A stretch of 64,000 nt of DNA from Candidatus Babelota bacterium (GTDB lineage Bacteria; Babelota; Babeliae; Babelales; CAIQNR01), in NCBI GenBank assembly GCA_965658655.1, contig CBFHTA010000001.1, forward strand, positions 457,005-521,004. The letters are read 5' to 3'. This document shows, one piece after another, positions 1-10,699 of this stretch; the first letter of the stretch is position 1; every line of letters begins with the position of its first letter. The notes under the pieces are model-generated. The model saw only the letters and a program-made list of their open reading frames with translations, had not been told where the DNA came from and searched no databases. The position numbers were made by a program, and so were the translations under genes.

Positions 1-305
1 AGTGTTTCTTCGATAGGATAAAATTGTTTGCCAGGTTCTTTTTTAAAGAGCGACCCTGAAAGATTATCTATAGATTCACCTTTCCATGAAACATCAAGAT
101 TGTGAAGCGAGACAGGTTCTTTGCTTCGTTTCCTAAAAACAAAGGTGCCAGATAAAATCCATTTACCTCCAAATTGTTGGATGTGCCGTTCTGAACTATC
201 TAAATTTTTCCAACACGATTCTATTGAAATTTCATGCGTCGGCGCAGCTTTTAAGAGCAGCGCCACACTGCACAGTGCGACCATAATAACGTTAACACGT
301 CTCAT
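1..305 (-). CDS. Secreted hypothetical protein (3'-truncated by window edge)
   Basis: Hand-translated MRRVNVIMVALCSVALLLKAAPTHEISIESCWKNLD..., open to base 1; signal-peptide-like N-terminus and purine-rich RBS (GAGAGGG); absent from the ORF track. Confidence 0.7.
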   Translation of the reverse strand, partial: MRRVNVIMVALCSVALLLKAAPTHEISIESCWKNLDSSERHIQQFGGKWILSGTFVFRKRSKEPVSLHNLDVSWKGESIDNLSGSLFKKEPGKQFYPIEET

Positions 306-384
306 TTGTACCCTCTCATAAGAGATATGAGTAAAACCTTTTTCTTAATCTATCATAGAGAGGTTGGGTGATGAAAGGTTCTGT

Positions 385-1188
385 TTAGAAATAGGTTCTA
401 ACTTCAAACCGAGCTACGTTTTTGCCCAGTTGGTCAGGTAAAGGAGGAAACGGGGAAGCAGACCAAACATCTTGAATACAGAGTTCATCGTACGGTTTGT
501 AGCCAGATGATAGAATAATATCAATATCTTCTACATCACCTTTTTTATTAATGGTAATACTGCATTGTAGATGGTTTTTAATCAACTTATTAGAAAGCCA
601 TTGTTCAAGAGGAACTTTATTTTTAACCCGATTGAAACGAGCTGCATTATTTAAATGCTTCAAGAAGCTAGACCATAAGCTGTAATACTTAATATCTCCT
701 TCTCGAATAACTAACGGTTGGCCGGCACCGTCCCCATCAACTTGAAGATTACTTTTTTGAGGCATCTTAAAGTTGCGTCTTGCTTGGTTAAGCATTTCTG
801 CCAACGTTGGCTCTTGTTTTATAGGTGTTACTACTGAAGGCTTCTCTTTAACTTCCGTAATCTTCTCGGGTGCTTGAGCCGGAGGCCGATGAATTTTTTG
901 GGATGCAGTTTGTTCGGTTTGTTCTGATGGCGGCGGTACTGATGCTCGGGCGGCTTGAGGTGAAGGTTGATGAGTTTGAGAGAGTGAGCCGGGAGCTTTA
1001 TTTGGATCCATTTGATGACCATAAAAAACGATAGGTGCAGGCACTTTAAAGGCGAATCTTTTTTGAGTTGGCTTGCGAACTAAGCTTGGCTTATTTTGAA
1101 GCGAAACAAAAATAGCAGCCAGTATTAGTAAATGGATACTGATAGATAGTCCAAACCATAGGAAATGATCATTTTTTGCAGTATTCAT
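385..1188 (-). CDS. TonB/TolA C-terminal domain protein (energy-transducer-like)
   Basis: N-terminal TM with SxxxH (SISIH), Pro/Gln-rich linker, TonB_C-like end (INKKGDVEDI..SSG..D..SPFPPLP). Confidence 0.75.
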   Translation of the reverse strand: MNTAKNDHFLWFGLSISIHLLILAAIFVSLQNKPSLVRKPTQKRFAFKVPAPIVFYGHQMDPNKAPGSLSQTHQPSPQAARASVPPPSEQTEQTASQKIHRPPAQAPEKITEVKEKPSVVTPIKQEPTLAEMLNQARRNFKMPQKSNLQVDGDGAGQPLVIREGDIKYYSLWSSFLKHLNNAARFNRVKNKVPLEQWLSNKLIKNHLQCSITINKKGDVEDIDIILSSGYKPYDELCIQDVWSASPFPPLPDQLGKNVARFEVRTYF

Positions 1189-1293
1189 AAAACCCTTTAA
1201 ATCATAAACAAGCTTATTTTGCAGTATACCGTTTAACTCGTATAATTGTCCAAGTTTAAAGTATTTAGAGCTTATTTTTCATCATCAGCCTCA

Positions 1294-1321
1294 TTGACAA
1301 ATAGAAATAATAATGTACTGT
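1294..1321 (+). promoter_or_regulatory. sigma70-like promoter
   Basis: TTGACA-16 nt-TACTGT upstream of three secreted orphans. Confidence 0.5.
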
Positions 1322-1346
1322 TATCTATAGTATTAAACTTTTTTTT

Positions 1347-1949
1347 ATGGAGTATATTGTGAAAAAAGTAATAATTGTTATTTCTATGCTTATGTTTTTA
1401 TCTATGACTACTTTTTCATGGTCTCGTAGACCAGAAAATGTGTTTGTTTATAATGAGCAGAGAGTAGAGCAAGAAATTGCGCATCAAGATTTAAGAAGTT
1501 TTTCTATGTTAGGAACACCTGCATGGCAAAGCGAAACAAATCAAAGAGATCGGCATCTTGATCAACTTTGTAGTGAATTAGATCGGGGGGGTGATGATCA
1601 ATTGATGAGCGTATTGCCTTTATATAAAGAATCATTGGAGGCTTACTTTCAGAATATTTGTTCTGAAGTTCAAACTGTAATAAGATGTGTTGATTTGTTT
1701 GATTTTTTAAATCATAGAGATCGAGAAGTGATGGCGTCACGTTTAAAAAATGTTGTTGTTGAACACCGACAATTTCTACAGAGTCCTCCTCATACACATA
1801 ATCTAACGAGGTTTCTTGGTTATTCTCACCAAGATATTCAAGAGGTTTTAGAAAGAGTTGGAATTTTAGATGACGCTTTTTCTGATATTTTGCCTCATGA
1901 GGCTGATAATGCAAGTGATATTGGTGAAGAAAGTGATTGTAATGAATAA
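1347..1949 (+). CDS. Secreted hypothetical protein (probable start GTG 1359)
   Basis: KKVIIVISMLMFLSMTTFS signal peptide; acidic C-terminus; GGAG RBS before GTG. Confidence 0.7.
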   Translation: MEYIVKKVIIVISMLMFLSMTTFSWSRRPENVFVYNEQRVEQEIAHQDLRSFSMLGTPAWQSETNQRDRHLDQLCSELDRGGDDQLMSVLPLYKESLEAYFQNICSEVQTVIRCVDLFDFLNHRDREVMASRLKNVVVEHRQFLQSPPHTHNLTRFLGYSHQDIQEVLERVGILDDAFSDILPHEADNASDIGEESDCNE

Positions 1950-2598
1950 AAAATTATTAAGTATAGTTTTATTTACTGTAGTATTTTTTGTAAAGGGTGA
2001 AAATGTACCCAATCCTCTTAATGTTGAAGAGCAAATGGCAGAATTGCTAAGAGGTAATATTGCAAGATCTCAAGGTACACCATTTATTGTATTTCTGAGG
2101 CGGGGTACCAGTTTTGTTAGATTCAGTGAACTTCCAGGAAGGAACATGAATCACAATGTTAGGCAAGGGAGGCATTCTGCAGGGTCTGCTCGTACAAGAG
2201 GGGTTGCGATGACCTCTGTTCGAACTGTTCAAGGTAGAGTAGGTCGTCAATTACATTTTGAAGATAGTCCCGAAACACAAGCACAGGCAGATCAATTACG
2301 CGAAGACCGAATGAGAAGGGTTAGACCATTTTTACAACAACAATGGCAAGAAAATATCGCGGCAAGAGAAACGCTTCAAGGACGGGCTATTGCTGGGGAT
2401 GCTCGGGAAATAATTGAAAGGTCACGCGCTAGACGAGCTGCAGGAATAGGGCAGCCAGAAGGGCAAGAAGTTGAAGTTGTTGAAGCAGGTGAAAATCATG
2501 TGGTTTTACAAGCTTTGAATGCAGAGCAATTGATAGAAGATGCTTTTCGTATGGCTAGAGATCAAGAATTGCCGGCTAATGAAGAAGAGTCGAGTTAA
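1942..2598 (+). CDS. Secreted Arg/Gln/Glu-rich hypothetical protein
   Basis: Start reassigned to ATG 1942 (MNKKLLSIVLFTVVFFVKG signal peptide), overlapping the upstream stop. Confidence 0.7.
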   Translation: MNKKLLSIVLFTVVFFVKGENVPNPLNVEEQMAELLRGNIARSQGTPFIVFLRRGTSFVRFSELPGRNMNHNVRQGRHSAGSARTRGVAMTSVRTVQGRVGRQLHFEDSPETQAQADQLREDRMRRVRPFLQQQWQENIAARETLQGRAIAGDAREIIERSRARRAAGIGQPEGQEVEVVEAGENHVVLQALNAEQLIEDAFRMARDQELPANEEESS

Positions 2599-2682
2599 AA
2601 GACTTTATACGATACATGTTCAATTAAATTTTTTAGAAACTTACTTATAGTGATTCATCAATAATTATTACACAGGATAGAA

Positions 2683-3093
2683 ATGACAATGAATAAAAAA
2701 TTAGTATTAATGAGCTTATTAGTAACTACGTCGGTTGGTTTACAGGCTGCTCAGCCTAATCTTCCAGTGGATGGTTTAGTTGTTCTCGAAAACAGTCATG
2801 ACAAGTATTTTGATCTAGTAGAACAGCATGGTCAGCGTGTACGAAACTTTTTACAAGAAAATAAATATGCAAAACAGTTGGCTGTACAAAAAGAAAGCAC
2901 TGTTACAAGTTATTTTGAAACTATAAAAAAAATGTATGAAGAGTTGTCGGAGATAGATTTTAACGGACGTGCTTTTAATAAAGAGGCTGTTGGCATTCTT
3001 ACGCTAAACACGCTTTCTGTAAAAAATGATCTAGAAGCTTTTATGGATACATTTGGTCTTTTGCCAGATGATTATGATAACGGTTTAATTTAA
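2683..3093 (+). CDS. Secreted helical hypothetical protein
   Basis: MNKKLVLMSLLVTTSVGLQA signal peptide; AGGA RBS. Confidence 0.75.
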   Translation: MTMNKKLVLMSLLVTTSVGLQAAQPNLPVDGLVVLENSHDKYFDLVEQHGQRVRNFLQENKYAKQLAVQKESTVTSYFETIKKMYEELSEIDFNGRAFNKEAVGILTLNTLSVKNDLEAFMDTFGLLPDDYDNGLI

Positions 3094-3098
3094 TAGCA

Positions 3099-4019
3099 TT
3101 ATCCAAAGAAAGCCTGATTTTGTTTTTTGATAAGTTTCCAGTTTTGTCCCAATTGATGAGAACCTCCACGAGGACTTTCTAAGAATTTTAAGATTTCATT
3201 TAAAAACGAATGAGTAAGTGTGTGTGCTACACGTTGTCTTGTTAGCCAACGTTGTAGCACGCGTTTTTTTATGTACGGGTGTAGCTTTGAAAACACTTTT
3301 AAATCAAGTTTATTATTTCCCCCTAATAAAGATTCAAGTGTATGTTCGGTAATTTCTTGTAAGAAAAATTCTGCTTGCTGAATTTGGTCAAGTGAACGGG
3401 CAAAGTTAATCTCTGCTCGTGGGTCAATCGACTTGAAAGCTGGTACCACTGTTTTTCTAATACGGTTCCGTAAATATTTTTCTGAGTCATTGGTGAAATC
3501 TTCTAGGTAAGCAATTTTACGTTTTTTTAATGAGTCTAAAATCTCTTCTTTGGTAAGGTTCAAGAGTGGTCGATCATAAAAACCGTCTTGTGCTTTCATG
3601 CATGCAAGTCCTTGTGAAGTTGTGCCGCGTACCAATCGAATGAAAAAAGTTTCTATTTGATCGTCTGCATGGTGCCCCAAGAGTATTGCTTTTGCGTTGT
3701 ATTCCAATAAGAGCATTTCAAGGAAATGTCGACGCATTTTTCTGCCAACTTCTTCTTGAGAGCCATTAGCTTTAATCTCAATCTTTAACTCAGATGTTTT
3801 TTTACTCACAAATTCTACGTTTAGTTCTTTGCATAGTTGTTCACAAAATTTTGCATCTTTTTCTGACCCTTTGCGCCATTCATGATCTAGATGTGCAGCG
3901 ACAATAGTAAGCTGTGGAAAGTTTTCTACCATGTGATACAAAAGGTACACCGAGTCTGGGCCTCCAGAAAGACCTAAAATATAGGTAGCATTAGGAATAC
4001 ATTGTGAATTAATTATCAT
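3099..4019 (-). CDS. tilS: tRNA(Ile)-lysidine synthetase
   Basis: PP-loop SGGPDS; GHHADDQIETF; RNRIR motif. Confidence 0.95.
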   Translation of the reverse strand: MIINSQCIPNATYILGLSGGPDSVYLLYHMVENFPQLTIVAAHLDHEWRKGSEKDAKFCEQLCKELNVEFVSKKTSELKIEIKANGSQEEVGRKMRRHFLEMLLLEYNAKAILLGHHADDQIETFFIRLVRGTTSQGLACMKAQDGFYDRPLLNLTKEEILDSLKKRKIAYLEDFTNDSEKYLRNRIRKTVVPAFKSIDPRAEINFARSLDQIQQAEFFLQEITEHTLESLLGGNNKLDLKVFSKLHPYIKKRVLQRWLTRQRVAHTLTHSFLNEILKFLESPRGGSHQLGQNWKLIKKQNQAFFG

Positions 4020-4354
4020 TACTTACGGATCTCAAGACGTCTGTGTTGTGAATAAACGATAGCGATATTTTGTAATGTTAAAAGCTCACTTGCGTTTTCA
4101 AATCTCCCTATGTCAAGATTATCTAAGATAGTTGCGGAAAAAGATATACATATAACACTATCAGGAATAGTTATATTACGTTTTTCATCGGTGTCTATGA
4201 ATATTGTTTTTGTAGAGGTTTCTTTTTTTTCTTTATGGTGAATCTTACATTTAACTGTTAATAAAAAGGGGGTGTTGTTTTTAATAGTTAAAGGTGCTCC
4301 GCAAGCAATTTGACTAAAAGTGACTAATAATAATGTAAATAATGTTTTATTCAT
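4019..4354 (-). CDS. Small secreted beta-rich hypothetical protein
   Basis: Signal peptide then LTIKNNT motif; stop overlaps the tilS start. Confidence 0.7.
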   Translation of the reverse strand: MNKTLFTLLLVTFSQIACGAPLTIKNNTPFLLTVKCKIHHKEKKETSTKTIFIDTDEKRNITIPDSVICISFSATILDNLDIGRFENASELLTLQNIAIVYSQHRRLEIRK

Positions 4355-4362
4355 TTTGTTTC

Positions 4363-4707
4363 TTAATGGCTTATAGTTGCTATTATTAATTGTTTTGGTG
4401 CTGTCTGGTTATAGCATATTCTGAATATTCTACAGGAAGAATTGGCAGGAATTGAAAAATCTTGTTCAGTATCTTTTATTTTTACTTTTAATCCATATAT
4501 GGCATCTTGCACTGTTTTTTCTTGTTGAGGTTCGATCGTCATAGATGGTATCCAAGCTATTCCTAAGATATGGTTCTTTTCGGCTTGATACACTACAATA
4601 TTTTTATCGCTATCATTACGAATAGTAAAAAAATTTGGATGATCCCCACCATCTGAACTAAAGAGAGATGAAGTACAAAAAAGTAGTGTTAATAACCAGG
4701 TGTCCAT
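4363..4707 (-). CDS. Small secreted beta-rich hypothetical protein
   Basis: Signal peptide then FTIRNDS motif; similar size and pattern to 4019-4354. Confidence 0.7.
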   Translation of the reverse strand: MDTWLLTLLFCTSSLFSSDGGDHPNFFTIRNDSDKNIVVYQAEKNHILGIAWIPSMTIEPQQEKTVQDAIYGLKVKIKDTEQDFSIPANSSCRIFRICYNQTAPKQLIIATISH

Positions 4708-4726
4708 CTTTTTTGTACTTCCAACT

Positions 4727-7201
<2,475 letters not shown>

Positions 7202-7280
7202 TCATAGTGTACCCTAAGAATCGATATTTTGCCAAAAATGAGGGTGTAAAAGCAAGAAATAAGCTTGAGGAACGGAATTT

Positions 7281-7766
7281 ATGGAAAATAAACATAACAA
7301 ATATATGGATCAGGCACTTGAGCTTGCACAGCAAGCGTATGATGCAGGCGAAGTTCCCATTGGAGCTGTAGTGGTAGATCAAGATGGCACGATCATTGGG
7401 CAAGGTTATAATACTGTAGAAAAAAATTTGACCCAAACAGCGCATGCTGAAATACAGGCACTGAAACATGCCGCTCAGACAAAAAATAATTGGCGCCTTC
7501 AGGATTGTACTTTGTATGTCACCCTTGAGCCTTGTTCTATGTGTTTTTTTGCAACTAAATTAAGTCGTGTAAAGGCGATTTATTTTGGGGCACCTTCACC
7601 TTTATTTGGTTGTCACCTTGACAAGGATTGTTTTCTTTCGCTATACAACAATGATGCTCTTTTTATTACGGGGGGCATAAGGGAAGAGGAAAGTAAACAA
7701 ATTTTGAAGCAATTTTTTCAGAAAAAAAGGAACGCGGGTGACCAAAGTAAAGGGTGCACAAACTAA
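7281..7766 (+). CDS. tadA: tRNA adenosine(34) deaminase
   Basis: EVPIGA, HAE and TLEPCSMC motifs. Confidence 0.9.
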   Translation: MENKHNKYMDQALELAQQAYDAGEVPIGAVVVDQDGTIIGQGYNTVEKNLTQTAHAEIQALKHAAQTKNNWRLQDCTLYVTLEPCSMCFFATKLSRVKAIYFGAPSPLFGCHLDKDCFLSLYNNDALFITGGIREEESKQILKQFFQKKRNAGDQSKGCTN

Positions 7767-8121
7767 TCACAATGAAGTAAAAAGTATTCTTCTTATACGC
7801 AAGCAGGAGCTCGAAGAAGAGTTTTCTCATTTAGATGCAGATAGAGATGATGATCAAATTCAAGATCCTGCAGATCAAGCTTCTTCGTCTGCGCTTGAAA
7901 CACTCAAAAGTTCGCTACAAAGTAATGAGTATGAAGAGTACAAAATGATCATGAACGCACTTGAGATGATAGAAGAAGGTTCTTACGGTAAATGTATAGA
8001 TTGTCATGAATGTATATCTCTTAAACGTCTTGAGTCATATCCGAACGCCGCTCGTTGCTTAATTTGCCAAGAAACTGCGGAAGAAATGGTAGCTGGAAAT
8101 CAAATTCATTCTTTTTTGTAG
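7738..8121 (+). CDS. dksA: DksA/TraR C4-type zinc-finger RNA polymerase-binding factor
   Basis: Coiled-coil tip DPADQA; YGKCIDC...RL...P.A.RCLICQ. Confidence 0.8.
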   Translation: MTKVKGAQTNHNEVKSILLIRKQELEEEFSHLDADRDDDQIQDPADQASSSALETLKSSLQSNEYEEYKMIMNALEMIEEGSYGKCIDCHECISLKRLESYPNAARCLICQETAEEMVAGNQIHSFL

Positions 8122-8524
8122 ACGCTCTTTGTTTTGAGGGGGCTACCAAATGTAGTACTAATGGATCTTTATAGGGATCGTAGGTATCTTCTCGTAGCTT
8201 GCGCTGTACAAATAGATTTTTAAGTGGTTCTCCAATTGTGTCAGGGTTTCTTTGTAGCATAATTTTTAAAACTAGATCACCGATAGTTTTTTCTTTCATA
8301 TATTCTTGAACTAATGGTTTCATGTCTTTATATACATCTTCGATATTTTTTCTTACCGCCCATATTACAAAGTCATCAAAGATACCTGTGTTTTTCATAT
8401 GTTTTTCAATTTCGCCTGGTGCAAGTAGGGGTTCTACAAATTGATCTTCATATGGATTGTAGGTATTTTCTGCAGCATGTACGTTCATTGTTATTAGTAC
8501 AAATAATCCAATTAATATTTGCAT
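8021..8524 (-). CDS. Secreted hypothetical protein
   Basis: Signal peptide MQILIGLFVLITMNVHA; the 3' ~100 bp overlap dksA convergently. Confidence 0.6.
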   Translation of the reverse strand: MQILIGLFVLITMNVHAAENTYNPYEDQFVEPLLAPGEIEKHMKNTGIFDDFVIWAVRKNIEDVYKDMKPLVQEYMKEKTIGDLVLKIMLQRNPDTIGEPLKNLFVQRKLREDTYDPYKDPLVLHLVAPSKQRASTKKNEFDFQLPFLPQFLGKLSNERRSDMTQDV

Positions 8525-8545
8525 GTAATTCTTTCTTGTTGATTA

Positions 8546-9214
8546 TTATAATGTTTCTTCTTCAATACAATTATCTAAAAAACCATCTGCTAAACAATGA
8601 GAAACATCTGTATCTTTAGGAAGACTCAATAATGTGCGTATTGCGTCTTCAGTATCTTTCACATGATACTTTGCTGTTAGATGTGTTTTCGCCGAGCTTT
8701 TTTGATTATAGCGTTGTGAGCATATTTTGCATTTAAAGGGTTTTTCGTTGGTATGTATAAACTGATGTCTTTTGAGTTTGTACGGAGTAGTCCAACGTTT
8801 TAAACGTCCTGCTTCTGTCGGGCATAAATTACAACAAAGTATTGGTTTTGAATTGTCTGTAAAAATGGGTTTTTGTGCTTTGGCACTTGAGCCAGATTGT
8901 TTTTGTGCCATTTTAACAGTTGGTAGAAGATGAGTTCCTCTTTTTGATTTAGCGACTGCAGCTGCCATAATTATGGCATCCCTCTTCATGCTTGCATTGT
9001 TTTTTTGCACGGATGGTGGTGGAACAGGCGGAAGAGTTAGGGAATCACCCGAAGTGGATAGAGTAGCAGCTTTTATAGGAACAGCTAGGACGGTTTGAGA
9101 AATGTTTTCTTGAGTTGCTTTATGGGGATTGTTAAGATCAACAGCTGAATTAAAACTAAAAAGTGGAATTGCTAAAATTAATAAAGGGCTTATTAAGAGC
9201 GTTTGTTTATTCAT
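8546..9214 (-). CDS. Secreted C2H2 zinc-finger protein (2 fingers)
   Basis: Signal peptide; Pro/Ser-rich region; CNLC...LKRHQFIH-TNEKP-FKCKIC...KTHLTAKYH. Confidence 0.85.
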   Translation of the reverse strand: MNKQTLLISPLLILAIPLFSFNSAVDLNNPHKATQENISQTVLAVPIKAATLSTSGDSLTLPPVPPPSVQKNNASMKRDAIIMAAAVAKSKRGTHLLPTVKMAQKQSGSSAKAQKPIFTDNSKPILCCNLCPTEAGRLKRWTTPYKLKRHQFIHTNEKPFKCKICSQRYNQKSSAKTHLTAKYHVKDTEDAIRTLLSLPKDTDVSHCLADGFLDNCIEEETL

Positions 9215-9304
9215 AAATATTCCGTAGTAGTTGTGGTAAAAAAGAATTTTAGTTTGATTGCATAATGTACTAGAGTCAAGAAAATTTAATAAAAAGGGTG
9301 TTTT

Positions 9305-10000
9305 ATGAAGAGAGTAGTTGTACTGTCGTTGCTTGTTAACACATTTGCATATGGGTTCACTTCAGAGCCATTATCGGACACGCTTAAAAAAGAATTGGTT
9401 CAACGCAATGTTTGGAGTAGAGAATGTCCTGTTTCTATGGAGAGACTTAGGTTGTTGACTATGGCCTACATAGATTTTGATGGAAAAGAACACACTGATG
9501 GCAAAATGATTGTACTTGACGCTGTGGCAGATGATGTACTTGCTGTGTTTAAAAAACTGTATGAAATTAAATTTCCTATTGCTCGGATGGAGCTTATTAC
9601 TCAATATAATGGTGATGACGACCTTTCACTTGCAGCTAATAATACGAGTGCCTTTTGTTATCGATCCATCACCGGCGGAGGGCCTGTTTCGCTTCATGGT
9701 CTTGGAGTGGCAATAGATATTAATCCCATTCAGAATCCTTACCTTGGGTTTGGAGGAGGCTTTAAAGGGACTGTATATTCGGGGAAAGTTTTAGTTTTGC
9801 CTTCCAAGGGGGCTGACTATTTAAACCGAGCTCATGACCGTGTGGGTATGGCAGAACAAGTGGTCTCTATCTTTAAAGAACATGGTTTTACTGACTGGGG
9901 AGGCGATTGGGGAGATGGTGATCAAGGGGGCAGAATAGACTACCAGCACTTTGCTGTACCCAGAGAAAAGGCGGAGAATCTCGTAAAAATTGACAAATAA
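9305..10000 (+). CDS. M15-family peptidoglycan metallopeptidase
   Basis: Signal peptide; NTSAFCYR, SLHGLGVAIDINP, WGGDW, DYQHF. Confidence 0.88.
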   Translation: MKRVVVLSLLVNTFAYGFTSEPLSDTLKKELVQRNVWSRECPVSMERLRLLTMAYIDFDGKEHTDGKMIVLDAVADDVLAVFKKLYEIKFPIARMELITQYNGDDDLSLAANNTSAFCYRSITGGGPVSLHGLGVAIDINPIQNPYLGFGGGFKGTVYSGKVLVLPSKGADYLNRAHDRVGMAEQVVSIFKEHGFTDWGGDWGDGDQGGRIDYQHFAVPREKAENLVKIDK

Positions 10001-10017
10001 GGCCCCTCTGGTAAGCT
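9990..10017 (+). promoter_or_regulatory. rpsI promoter
   Basis: TTGACA-16 nt-TAAGCT with TCTGG immediately before the -10 box. Confidence 0.65.
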
Positions 10018-10071
10018 AGATAAACGTAAAAATCAAACTATTCAAGCTTATTTGTAAGGTAGTAAAAGTCT

Positions 10072-10665
10072 ATGGTCAAGACAAAAACAGCAGAAAAAAA
10101 ACCTGCTGCAAAAAAAACGACAGTTTCAAAAACTGTTGCTCCTAAAAAAGCGGCTCCTAAAAAAACAGCTGAACCTAAGAAGGTAGAAGCTAAAAAAGTT
10201 TCTCCGGATAAGCCAGAGACAAAGGCTGCTTCAACAGCGGATAAAGTAGTAGCAACTCCTCGTAAAAAGGGTGCTATGGGAGCTGTAATTGGTGCGGTTG
10301 GTCGTCGTAAAGCTGCGGTTGCTCGTGTATGGGTTCGTCGCGGGAAAGGCGGAGTAGCGATTAATAATCAACGTTGCGCTGACTATTTTAACACAGATGA
10401 AACTCGTACTGCTGCAGTAAAAGGTCTTGTATCTTGCGATGTAGTAAACAAATACGACGTTATTGCAAACGTACAAGGTGGTGGAAAGGTTGCTCAATCT
10501 GAAGCAGTTAACCTTGGTATTGCTCGTGCGCTTGTAAAAGAAAGCGAATCTTACAAGGCAACGTTAAGAGCAAACGGCTCTTTAACAGTTGACTCTCGTA
10601 ATAAAGAGCGTAAAAAGCCTGGTCAAAAAGGTGCTCGTGCGAAGTTCCAATTTGTAAAACGTTAA
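10072..10665 (+). CDS. rpsI: 30S ribosomal protein S9 with Lys/Ala/Pro-rich N-terminal extension
   Basis: GRRKAAVARV, GGGKVAQSEA, ERKKPG..GARAKFQFVKR. Confidence 0.95.
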   Translation: MVKTKTAEKKPAAKKTTVSKTVAPKKAAPKKTAEPKKVEAKKVSPDKPETKAASTADKVVATPRKKGAMGAVIGAVGRRKAAVARVWVRRGKGGVAINNQRCADYFNTDETRTAAVKGLVSCDVVNKYDVIANVQGGGKVAQSEAVNLGIARALVKESESYKATLRANGSLTVDSRNKERKKPGQKGARAKFQFVKR

Positions 10666-10699
10666 TCGTATATCCAAGTTATCGAAAAAGGGTTTTCGG

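Noticed and set aside
121..321. Plus-strand 66-aa ORF
   Set aside because: Antisense to a better-supported minus-strand signal-peptide gene (1-305)
1870..1941. N-terminal extension of the 1870-2598 ORF
   Set aside because: Overlaps the upstream gene; ATG 1942 gives a canonical signal peptide
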